Assembly: GCA_002269645.1 (NCBI GenBank)
Contig: NIVC01000600.1
Coordinates: 1-64,000, forward strand
Direction: 5' to 3'
Length of the DNA: 64,000 nucleotides
Source: Macrostomum lignano
Lineage: Eukaryota
Under the pieces are notes generated by a model, which saw nothing but the letters and a program-made list of their open reading frames with translations, was not told where the DNA came from and did no database searches. Positions 12,630-23,529 of the stretch are shown here, one piece after another. The translations under genes and the position numbers were made by a program. Each line of letters starts with the position of its first letter. Position 1 is the stretch's first letter.

Positions 12630-15600
12630 TGGTGCTAATTGCAACTAATTGCAGTTTTCTTCAATTTTATCTGATTTCATCCATCTATCCATTTTTATCA
12701 ATGTGTTTTAAACTTAATTTTTTGCTTGCTACTACAAGTAGATAAATTGTGTCGGACAATGATTTTTGTTTGTGTGTGTTGTATTTGAGAAGCAGTTCCA
12801 GCCCTTTGCTTCCATTAATTGTTTGCTATTATTTAGCTATTCGAGTTAAGCTATTCGACAAAATATACAATACAAATTGGCAACCCAAAAATTAAATCTA
12901 TCGACCTGTTCGCTTTTTTGTTTCGATAATTTTTTAAATTAATTTCGCATTGCTTCGTGGTGCAGTTGCAAGTATGGTGTCCAGTTGTCATTGTGTCTAT
13001 AGTGTGAAAATTTGCTAACTATTCTTGTATAAAAAAATTTAAAATACATCGCTTTATTTTGCGACGCAGAAGATTTTCGTTTCGGCCAACTTCTGTTCCA
13101 CTTCTGCTCTTTGAAGCGACAGCTCATTCAGTGCGGGGGATAATTTATTCATTTCTTTTGGATTTTCATTCCAGTCGCTTTTTGTCGTCTCTTTAAGCTT
13201 TTCGCGGAGGAAGCCAATGGACACTTCTGGTGCATTTTCTCCGCCGTTCTTCTCCTTGTCTTCCTCTTGGATTTCAGCGGCTTCTCCACTTCAACTGCCC
13301 CTGTATGATAGAAATTTTATTAGCGAAAGCGGCAATGAAGGAATAATGAGCAGCCCCCCGTATGCACGCCATGCAATGTGTTGATTTATTCATTTGAATG
13401 CTGCTGAAATTCAGCATTTACGTTTACTGCCTTCCCTTTTCTTGCTGATGGTTGATTATGGCAGGTGATGCGATGCAACAGCCAGCTTCACGTAGCTTCA
13501 TCGTTTGGAATTGAAAAATATATTTCCCCGGCCTTTTTCCCATCTGTGCAATGCTGATATTGCAAACAATAAGTGTCTAAATTTAACTATTAAAGCCTAC
13601 GTCTGCATGTCTACGTCTGAAAATTGATAGTAGAATGGCGCTGCACTCTTGCGAATCCGGCCTAATTCACTACAAAATGGATACGAGAGTACCGGAGTGT
13701 GCTTTTATAGTTGATGTTGATCAACAAGTTTTCCGTATATAAAATTTAACAAAATTCCCTGTAAACCCGTAACTATAGCATTAAAAATGTTTAAGAAGTC
13801 GAAAATTTAATTTAAGACACGTCCAACCATTACGCTCGTATAACGCCCGTAATGTTAATTAGAGCATTAAACATTTAAGAATTCCAGCATTGAATTTAAG
13901 ACACGTTGTCTTAAATTGTCTATTGTCTATATACAATTGCCTATGGCCAATCCTTTGAGACAATTCTAAGCGGTACGCTAATACATCTACACAATCTACC
14001 ATTGTCTCACTTAGTAGGAAAAAGCTGTTGCTTTCGTGTTCTCTAAATATATTACATGGATGTAGATTAGTTTTGTATACATATCGTTTAATGCACTCAT
14101 AGTTTTGCCAATAACAAGCTGGGCTGATAAAATCTATCTAGGACGACTATAATCTATAAAAAAACACTAAAAACGATTAAAACAATAAGGATTGTCAATT
14201 GATTGTTTTTAATAGGTAAAACTCTCTTCTCGATAGTGCATTTTGCAGACAAAACCTGCTTTAATGAAATTTGCACGGTTCGCGAGTGTAGCCGCTTTCT
14301 GCAAAAATTTTCCCCGACTGTTTTTACTGCGATCGACTGCGAACGACAGCAATGTCCAAAACGTGCTGAAATTTTAGCCAAAACTCATATCCGCATATCC
14401 GCATATCCGCTCTGTTGAATGGTAAAACTAAAACGATTTGTCATTAGACAACTTGCTTATTGAATTTCAAAAGTATTTTTGCTGTCAAGCGCACCAAAAA
14501 GTCTCGTAGCATAAGTGTCGTCAGTGCAAATTAGGTTTAATAAAAGCCCTATAGGTGGCACCTAGAGCTGTTTACAATTAGCTTAAAGGTAAGGTAGTGC
14601 AAATCGGGGCAACTTCATCCGAGTTGCGGCGCTCAAGGCACACCTGCAACGCAATTATCGAGGCCGCGGCAATTTCGACTGTTAAGAGAGAATGAATTCA
14701 CTTTACTTTGTCAGAAGGAGCTAATGTATAATTACACGAATGCAGCTCTTGATTAGGTAAATACTTGAGTTCTTTCTTGAAACTCCGTCTTACTGATTAA
14801 CGTTATTGTCTTCAGAGAAGCCTTTCATTTTGCTTGCACATGCGCAGAATGCTTTCAAACAAACCACGGCAACGCGTATTGCTTGGACTTGGACACCCCA
14901 CAATTTTTTGCTGCGCTGAAATCGAGCAACGCAGGCACACGAAATTCAAGAACACGAGCTAACTTTTGTTGCGCGCCTTCTCAAACCAGAATCAAGTCGC
15001 CAGCCCGCCGTCTGTCATGGCGCCGCGCCCGGCTCCAGGACCAGCTCAGGAAGAGGTGGTGGCGCCTCCGGACCGTCGAGATATTCGACGCTTCTGCCAG
15101 AAGGTCGGATTTTCCCATAAGCGCCAGTGTATTCAGTACACCCCTGTGCGCCAATCAGCACTGCGCCTCAGTGCAGCCTTGCCAAGCCTCCAAATTTCAT
15201 CAGCACGTCGATCACTTGTCTGCATCAGCACTGACTTCGTTTGTTACTGACCTTCACTTCTGAGCATGCAAATGTGCCGTCACTCATCGTGGCATCTTGA
15301 TCACCAGCCGGTTGATGAGCTCTTAGGCAGCTGCTGCCAGGCATTCAGAACCGCCCGTCGATCGCATCTGTCTGGAGAGACTTTGACTGCTTGTTAAATG
15401 TGCGAATTCCCCGGCCCCCTTCAGTTCCTTTATGCCTTACTTTGCGTTGACGTCTGGCGGCGGCAACCTTCGCACATTTCTGAATCACCGACGGCATGCA
15501 CCGAGGACTGTCGGAAGTATGCCAACGGTAGTGAGTGGTCAAAATTATCGTGTTATATAGTGTGGTACAAATCCAACCAGGTGATTTTGCACTCACACTT

Positions 15601-16467
15601 GACGATTCGATCATATTATATTGTACGCTCGTATATATTTACGAGTAATAAATGCATTAGTTACTTTTCAGTAGAGTATCGTTTACGAGTGCAAGCGTAC
15701 TCATCATGCGGTAATTTTGTACATTGTACAATGTATAACTAAAAAGTTATGAGAAAGTAACAACAGGAGCACACGATGACGCATGCATGATTGTTGTCAT
15801 GGCTTGTAGAGCGCTGGACCGAGCAGCTCAATATCAACATTAAGCCATGCCTTGTCAGAGTCAGAGGCAACTCGAAGACACCTTTCCGTGATAGATACGG
15901 CTCCTTGATTAATCTGTAGGATGGTGTATCGCCGATGCAAAAATCGAGAATGACCCGCCGAATCATCAAAGCTGTAACGCTGGTGTCTTCGTTTAGTCAC
16001 TATGAATACATGGAAGGCCATCTACATATCGGAGCGAAATGGTCGCATCATCACGCTCAGCGGCCATAGAAGTTTTTTCTTAGACCGGATTCGTCGATCT
16101 GCACGCTGCCCTGAGTAACTACCATCGGAATCTGCTGCGCCGCCTCCTCCGACTGCGATTGACGACGGCTGCTTTTCCGCCGGTTGCGCAGTTCCAGCTG
16201 AGTGCTCTGCCGCGACTCGGACATCCTCGGCGCGTACTGCACACTGTCGAGCGTCTGCGAACCCCGAATAGTTTCGAAGTAAGGCCACTGAGCCGGGAAT
16301 TGAGTTCGAATTATGACATCGTCGCAGCAGCGAGTCCGGTACGTCAGTTTTGGTATAAAGTCTGCTTGGTGTCTGCAATTCATAGGAGTGCAATGGCCGG
16401 TCGCTTATTAAACCTGTGCAAATTTTGTTGCATTAAAATTGTCTCTGGTTACGAAGGTGCTCCATCA

Positions 16468-16563
16468 TTCTTCATCATCCTTACACTTCATCATCCTTAC
16501 ACTTCATCATCCTTACACTTCATCATCCTTACACTTCATCATCCTTACACTTCATCGTCCTTA
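16468..16563. repeat. 16-bp tandem repeat (CTTCATCATCCTTACA), ~6 copies
   Basis: Direct periodicity. Confidence 0.9.
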
Positions 16564-17151
16564 GAGCTGTGACTATATGCATGCACTTCAAGAGTCTGGT
16601 TAAGACAGAATTTTAAACAGAATTACTGTTGCTCTTGATGCCACCCGGGTCATAACACTGAGGTTCAAAAAACTGATGACACATACTGCGATCTCCGAGA
16701 ATGCATAAAATACTGCAAAAGTCACGCTTTATTTTAGTTAAGAAGTCTTTACTTTACTTATTTATATAGATGGCTGTATAAAGGCGAATTATTCTAGTGA
16801 AGAGTTTGAACAACGGTCTTCCGACTCTACACGTTGTTATAGTGACTACTTGAGCGCTTAAAAATGGAGACAGCCCTAGAAAAAGTTCTAAGTTCCTAGA
16901 AAAAAAAGTTCCTAGAAAAAAGGGGCGTTCACGGAGGTAGACGAAGATTCATTGATTTTCATCATAAGTGAGGAATCCTGCCCGATAGTTTAATGCATCC
17001 GAAAGGCTCGTTAAAGTGAGCAAATCCTATCACTTCCCGAAGAAATGGCTGGGATATCTCGACGGTCTCAAATTTTGTTGACAATTCAAGAAAATTCTGC
17101 TCCAGTGTGACACGAATCGTTGAGCTATAGTTCGATCTACACAAATGAAAC

Positions 17152-17472
17152 TTACACATGGCACGGCTCCATTTCATTGACGCTGAAAATGTTCAGCTTT
17201 TGGCGGAATTTTTCTCCCGGCCAGGCCGATCGAGTTTCACCCAGCCTGAAAGTCAGCATCAGGCACTGAACAAAGACGGCCGCGGCTGCTCCATTCAAGG
17301 CCAGCATCGCGTAAATCGACGCCCGCCACAGGCTGGCGAACGGCTTTGAAGTCACGTGACAGTTCTCGCGGCGAATCATGATGTCTAGCATGCGGCAGGA
17401 GATGGCGCCGACCGTTGCCGCGTACACGGCGAGGCCCGCTAGAGATAGCAGCACGAGGAAGGCCTTGTATGC
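17152..17472 (-). CDS. Orphan membrane protein, exon 2 (AYKAFLVLLSLAGLAVYAATVGAISC...SIYAMLALNGAAAAVFVQCLMLTF...EPCHV*)
   Basis: TTTGCAG acceptor ending at 17473, phase 0; two hydrophobic TM-length segments; GC-rich relative to flanks; no family recognised. Confidence 0.6.
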   Translation of the reverse strand, partial: AYKAFLVLLSLAGLAVYAATVGAISCRMLDIMIRRENCHVTSKPFASLWRASIYAMLALNGAAAAVFVQCLMLTFRLGETRSAWPGEKFRQKLNIFSVNEMEPCHV

Positions 17473-17724
17473 CTGCAAATTGTGAGCGTTAAAGACGGCA
17501 GTTGGTTGCTACGACTTTTCTAGTACTTTGTGGCCTCGGGTACAGGCTGCTTCTTGAACGCTTCTATAGATGCTTGTCTAGAATTAGTGTGGCCTCGTAC
17601 AACACGCATTAAGAGATTGTTCATTCTTTCATGACGTGGAAAGGTGTACCATGGTAGTTGTTCAATGTTGATTTATTATGTGTATCCCCATAATAATGCA
17701 AAACACCGGTGCCAGTGTACTTAC

Positions 17725-17832
17725 AAGGACCGAGATTCGAAGAGTTAGCTCCTTTTTCTGTTTGTTTTCTTCAAGCAAATGAGTTTCCCAATTTCCTTCT
17801 TCAACTTTTCTTAAGATGAGTGTTTTACCCAT
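17725..17832 (-). CDS. Orphan membrane protein, probable exon 1 (MGKTLILRKVEEGNWETHLLEENKQKKELTLRISVL)
   Basis: ATG at 17832 and GTAAGT donor at 17724; 108 nt, phase 0, in frame with the exon starting at 17472 (142 aa total). It could be an internal exon, because the frame stays open a little further upstream. Confidence 0.5.
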
Positions 17833-18519
17833 AGTTGGCAGGGGGCTGCTGATCCGATCACAGAAATGAACTAATGTTGCAATAATAAATGTTTTCCTAC
17901 TATATTATATCCAAAAAGCCCAATTCTCGTCTATGGTACGTGTCCTTAAAAGCAAAGTTACTTAGGAAACATATCGCTTTCGTGAATCAAGTTAAGAAGT
18001 TTAGAAGAAGCAAGAATTTTATGGCCTCAGCTATTCGATGGCTCCCTTGAATTGATTTTTTAAATCCTTAATTTGACTTCTCTAACGCGCAGAATTTTGT
18101 CTATGGCCAAGACTTTTTATGCAGCCAGAATACGATAGTTCTTTCTTAAATTGAATTCCTTAAATCTTAATTTGATTTACAAAAGCGATATTATACATAA
18201 GTAGCATTTTCCAGTCAATTTTATCCAGAGAGCAGTCAAATTAATCCTACTCGGATTCACACCAAAGACTACTCAAAAATTTTTTGAGTAGTCCTTGATT
18301 CACACTCGGATTCACAGAGCCACTGGGTTTTTAAGCTCAAAGCTTTTGTTCCGTTTCAGTCAGTTTATTCTTGAAAGCACCCAGTTTTGGTCAATGAGTT
18401 CTATAATTAGCATCTGGAGTGGAAACGTGAGCATGAGTGACTCGGAGAGCGGCGCAAGTTTCGCCGCTGCTGAGGAGGAACTGCACGAATGACGCCGTTT
18501 ATACGATAAAAATCTGCGA

Positions 18520-18810
18520 CGACAAGTACTTCTTGGTCATACGGGCGCTTGGAACGTGGGAAATGACTCAGTGGCTGAATGTGAAGATCCGGACAGTCTA
18601 CTCAATCAGAAGACGGTACGAGACAACTTGACGCCGAGATCTTGCACCAAAAGGCGGCAGACGTCACAAGAAGTTGTAGGATGAAGACGTGCAAGCGTTG
18701 CTTCCTCTTCTTGAAGATAACACTTTGCTGACCTATCGGCAGATGCAGCAAGAGCTACAATATCTCCATGGAGTTGAAGCTGGCACAAGCTTGCACTGAT
18801 GTTCCTATAA
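18520..18810 (+). pseudogene. Decayed IS630/Tc1-type transposase N-terminal fragment related to the element at 8711-9461
   Basis: DDKYFLVIRALGTWEMTQWLNVKIRTVYSIRRRYETT*RRDLAPKGGRRHKKL*DEDVQALLPLLEDNTLLTYRQMQQELQYLHGVE aligns by eye with the 9.0-9.3 kb fragment (LNVK..VYSI, LL.L.EMQQ.L); two in-frame stops. Confidence 0.7.
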
Positions 18811-19461
18811 TTCAAATGGCTTGTGCGAAATTGACTGCTTGTAGGGTCAAATCGATTGGACAGATAAACAACTTTGGCCATAGAACCCAGAGAAATTGAC
18901 TGGGCAATGCTATAATAGTATAACTTTTGCTAGCAAAACAGTGTTTTTCCATGTCCTACAAATAATTGTCGTTAAGTCAATCTGACAGTATTCCGCAGCC
19001 AGACCAATTCACGGCTTCCAGGTGTTTGATGTCGACGGTCTGGACATGGACATTTTCGAAGTGCCCAGGTTCAGAGCTTCAGAGCGGATCTCGGCGTGGT
19101 TGTGAAACTGAATCAGATTAATTGCATTCAAGAAAACTTGTTCTTAAAATGCGGAAACGAGTTCATTTTACAGTGTAATCGGTTGGCCCCTCTAGATTCC
19201 GCTGTATACGGTGCTGTTACATCCAGGAACGCAACACGCGGTTTGCGTTTCTGTTGCTGCCGCAGACGATCACAGTCGATTTTCTCTATTGTTACTAACT
19301 TTTTCAAGCTGCTGACAATAATCTTCGATGAAGGAAGGTATTTTGTAAAAAAACGTGAACAATTTGATAGAAGCAAACGGCTGAGTACATTGGCGTGCTA
19401 ATATAACAGAACAAATGGTCAATTTGGATCGAAGTTTATTTTAACTGTTAGTCTCAATCTA

Positions 19462-20097
19462 CACTCAGCAACATTTAAAAGTGCCCCCCAACCTTGCGCC
19501 AAGGGTTCATGGGCAGCACGATCGATGGTTTCGCCAATTGGTTTTGGGCCATAGACAAATGAGCAAAAAAAGGCACGAAAGTAAAGACCGATATCTGGTG
19601 TCACAGGGAAAAGCGTTACAGTAACGCGTGTACAGGAGTTAACTGGAGGCATCTGGACGCAGGTGACTGATGGCGTACTTTGCGTTGGCCGTCCAGACCA
19701 CCGGATATGAACCCGATTGAGCACGTGTGGGATTTCCTGAAGCGCACGATTAGTTGCAACAATCTCTATCCCCCCAGAACAGGGTCCAGCTGCGCAATGC
19801 GCTTTCAGTCGCGTGGCAACAGCTTCCACAAGACTTTCTGCGGCGCCTTTTTCGGGAATGCCTCGACGAGTAAGCGGTCTGTTGGACGCTCGCGGTTGTT
19901 ATCTATACCTGTTACTGACTGTGCTTTAGACACGTACACGGCGTGGAAATTGGCATGGACTTGTTTCGCTGTTCATTCTTTGTTGCCTTATTTTGATTGT
20001 CTATGGCCCAAACATAGTTAAAAACCTTTCAATCCCTAATCGTTCAGCTAGTGTAGCCTTTTGTGCAGACGTGGACACTTTTCAATGTTGCTGAGTG
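19462..20097 (+). mobile_element. Internally deleted Tc1 element retaining the C-terminal transposase segment
   Basis: TIRs CACTCAGCAACATT(T/G)AAAAGTG, TA flanks at 19460-19461 and 20098-20099; interior RWPSRPPDMNPIEHVWDFLKR, then frameshifted QLRNALSVAWQQLPQDFLRRL and MPRRV..LLDARG, matching the Tc1 WPxxSPDLNPIE signature. Confidence 0.92.
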
Positions 20098-22611
20098 TAA
20101 CTAACTACTGTTTACCTATACTGGATAAATTAAGCGTGCAGTTTTGAAACGTACCATTGAAGTTCACCATTGAAGTCGATTGAAACCAAGTCGCAGCCCT
20201 GTCCATCTGCTTTGCAGAAGACTTGAAAAATTCTTCTTGTTCAAGCTGTCTCAGGCCTCAGCTCATTCATTTTCGTCCGGCTTTTCTTCCTTCAAAGTCT
20301 TCGAGTAAAACAGCTGCTTAGCTCTTCCAGATAACGGCTTGCTGGTTCAGAAATAACCCACTCAGCTCTTCTGTTAATAAGCCGGAGATCAGTTTGGTCA
20401 GGCGGATTACTTAGGTTCAACATTTTCTAGACTTGGCAAAACTCTGTATTTTCCCTCCCCGGATTAAAGTGAACAAGTATTTCTCTCTCACTTTCCTCTC
20501 ATGAACTTTCGTCTATGGCTCAACTCTCTACCCATCAGCGAATCAAAAACAGACGTTGACCTTAGACAGTATTTATTAGAAATGTGCTCGTTGTCTATGG
20601 CCCAAACCCACAACTTTATCATATAGGATTTCAACGCTGGATGTCTGATTTCTAATTTGTCTGACAAAAGCTGTACCCAATACCCTTTGACCACAAATAC
20701 GAGCTACCTCATAATGCAGCACCTGTACGATCAGCAAAATGTACTTTTATTCACCTAGTATCATTTGAGAAGCAACTCAGCAAGCCTATCGAGCTCATTT
20801 CTTTAAAGCTGAAAATTTTTGTTGATCTGAGACGAATTATTTTTTAAGACAATGCTGCGAGCGCAGAAACTTGAGAGTCTCTTGAAAGAAACGAATAAGA
20901 ATGCTAGATTTTTTCCATTTCGCTGAGTTGAAATTCTAATCCAAGTCTTGGCATTTTTTGGTAACCGATTGAAACTGCCAAGAATTGATGAGAGAATTTG
21001 ATACTCGTGAGATGGCGCATGGTCTTAGATTGTCTGGAATTGCCCGACTGAATCTGGGTTTTTAGTCTGGCAATTGAGTTGCCATACAGTGCTAAACTAA
21101 TCTCATCAGGTTTCACAGAAAAAACCAAGTTGACCTGATGGAGCGTTTAGACTTTAGAGTCACCCGATTGGCATCCAGTATAAACAAACATTTGAGCGTG
21201 TTCTCTAAGAAATCGGACAAAATGGATCTGGATAAACCGGAACAGGACAAACCGGAAATTACAGGTGGACTGTAAACCCACCTTGCCCATCGTCAGGGGA
21301 AGGGATTCAAGTGCATCATCCCGCCGTGAGGCAGACCCCCACTGGATGTTGGCGTCAACTGGAGAAGTCAGGTCGTTCACTGCTTCACTGACGGATCGTT
21401 CTGCGAGGGCACGGCGAGTTCATATAGCCGTTTTCCACAAGGTTGATGCGATCCTGCAAGAGAGAGCCTCCATCTTGGTGCGACTGTCTCGGTTTTTCAA
21501 TCCGTAGTCATGAACATTAACCAATGTGCTTAACCAATGTGTCCTCTCTATCAACGAAGCCTGGAGACACCATCTCGGGTATCCACTAAGATTGGACGAG
21601 CTGACCACCCCGGACCGGATCCGTGACCTGACTCGTCCGGGGCACTCGGGCCAGATGAAGATCGCAGACGCCATGCTCTCGCGAGCTCTTTTGCTGCTAT
21701 TGAGGGGTGGGCGCAGCCATAAGGTAACGCCTCACTGTTTCCTTGCTTGATGTTGCGATTGGGCTTCGCGACCTGCGCTCTGCCCCCGTCAGTAGTGAGT
21801 AATTGACAGAGAAATTGACAGAGAAATTGACAAGCCGGATCTGGATAAACCGGTTTCCAGATTTGATGATTGCTAATCCAGAAATTTCTACTTTGGAAAG
21901 TGAAGAATTCTGTTAATCAACAAATTTTCCACACGATGCATAAGAATAGAGTAACTATAATGATATTCAGAAGTTCAATTCAGAGTACAGCTCAACTCGC
22001 AGACTGCTTTATCTTCGATGCAACAATAAAGAAATTGAAAAAAAACTGATTAAGTACGCTACGTATTTCTTGTCAAAGTAAATTTGTTTTTTGCTTTTGA
22101 GCTTACGAAACGGCAAACACTGGACGCTGGACATATATGACTCGGCTAGAGAAATATCCTCGAATCTCAGATTTCTTCCTTTCAATCACTCATTGAAATC
22201 CGCTTTGATCCGTTGGACTTCCTGCTTGGAGAGCGGCCGCTGCTCCAAGTCTTTCCTGAACCGGGCATTTCTAGGAAAGCGGGGTTTGAGAAACTAATCA
22301 GATCGCATCAGGTCAGAAGCTAAGAGTGTGTAATTAAACTTGAGAAAATTGATGCAGAAATTGAATTGTTATAATCGTGGGGGCGGCTCTTTTTTTCTCG
22401 CCCTATGTCTTTGCACTTTAACTGAGATCAGGCAGTACGTATTAACACGTTCGCGAAGCTGCGTTGATTTTGCAAGATTAGTGCGGGACAAACTCATCTC
22501 AAAGCTGTGAGAAACATCAAATATATTTTTTTCCAACCAAAACGGTTTTACTACAGTCCGAACTCGGTAAAGCATGCGATAAAAATAGGGAACTGGACAC
22601 AGAGAATGTGA

Positions 22612-22647
22612 TTTATTAGCCGAGCTGTTCTTGAAAATTAGTTTATT
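22612..22647 (-). terminator. Candidate polyadenylation signals (AATAAA x2) of the prohormone-like gene
   Basis: TTTATT on the plus strand at 22612-22617 and 22642-22647, ~130-165 nt past the stop codon. Confidence 0.5.
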
Positions 22648-22778
22648 GCAAGTTTGTCACAGCATTTAACTCCGAGCTTATATGCTCAATGGGGATCGTC
22701 ATGCTTATCTGTTATACATCATTTTGCACCTAGTAACATTTAGATCACTTTCAATTTACATTTCAAATCCAAATTATT

Positions 22779-23348
22779 TTAGGCGCGTTTGTAACGGTCG
22801 TTGTTCTCGAAGAACTTCTTGTAACGGTCGTTGTTCTCGAAGAACTTCTTGTAACGGTCGTTGTTCTCAAGAAATTTCTTGAAGCGGTCGTTGTTCTCGA
22901 AGAACTTCTTGAAGCGGTCGTTGTTCTCGAAGAACTTCTTGTAACGGTCGTTGTTCTCAAGAAATTTCTTGAAGCGGTCGTTGTTCTCGAAGAACTTCTT
23001 GAAGCGGTCGTTGTTCTCGAAGAACTTCTTGTAACGGTCATGCCTGTCTAGAAACTTTTTGAAGCGGTCGTTGGCGCCAAAGAACTTCTTGTAGCGGTCG
23101 TTAGCGCCAAAGAACTTCTTGTAGCGGTCGTTGGCTCCAAAGAACTTCTTGTAGCGGTCGTTGGCGCCAAAGAACTTCTTGAAACGGTCGCCGCCGAAGA
23201 ATCGCTTGTTGTCTTGGTGCTCATGGTGGGGGTGCTCAACAGCATGGGAGTCGCTGGGAGCGGCGTCTGCCATGACGGTAGCTGCCACGGTTAGTAGCAG
23301 AAGCCCGGAGGCCAGCAAGCGAATGGATCCGCAGCACGAAACCGGCAT
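22779..23348 (-). CDS. Secreted multi-copy peptide (neuropeptide-prohormone-like) precursor, 189 aa, with 14 KK/KR-flanked peptides of the FFGANDRY / FFENNDRF type
   Basis: ATG at 23348; hydrophobic signal-peptide-like N-terminus (MPVSCCGSIRLLASGLLLLTVAATVMA); His-rich spacer; KR, then 14 peptides separated by KK, ending KR-A-stop; upstream TATA and CCAAT boxes and downstream AATAAA signals. Confidence 0.88.
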   Translation of the reverse strand: MPVSCCGSIRLLASGLLLLTVAATVMADAAPSDSHAVEHPHHEHQDNKRFFGGDRFKKFFGANDRYKKFFGANDRYKKFFGANDRYKKFFGANDRFKKFLDRHDRYKKFFENNDRFKKFFENNDRFKKFLENNDRYKKFFENNDRFKKFFENNDRFKKFLENNDRYKKFFENNDRYKKFFENNDRYKRA

Positions 23349-23451
23349 CTTTGCTGTAGCAGTCGCAGCTCTCTGCAATGTCTTGAAAAATTTGACGATA
23401 ATATGTTTTGCAGTCGGTGAGCAGCGGATGAGCTTTAGACGGAGGCGGCAG

Positions 23452-23529
23452 TTATATAGACGCTATACCACCCCCCCCCCCCTAGTAACGTCCTCATCCC
23501 TACGCATGCCATTCTCACATTCCTATTGG
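23452..23529 (-). promoter_or_regulatory. Core promoter of the prohormone-like gene (TATATAA at 23458-23452, CCAAT at 23529-23525)
   Basis: Both motifs are on the minus strand, ~105 and ~180 nt upstream of the ATG, with a G11 tract between them. Confidence 0.6.

Noticed and set aside
13055-13290. Minus-strand terminal-exon-like segment convergent with OST4 (EAAEIQEEDKEK...IFCVAK*)
   Set aside because: Two alternative frames are equally open, the strong acceptor does not feed the longer frame, and no upstream exon or homology was recognised.
14880-16400. GC-rich block with several 70-130 aa ORFs
   Set aside because: No recognisable domain and stops interrupt every frame; it may be decayed mobile DNA but cannot be supported.
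21110-21880. ORF fragments and a duplicated GGATCTGGATAAACCGG (near 21226 and 21838)
   Set aside because: No consistent exon chain or protein family; a single short duplication is not enough.
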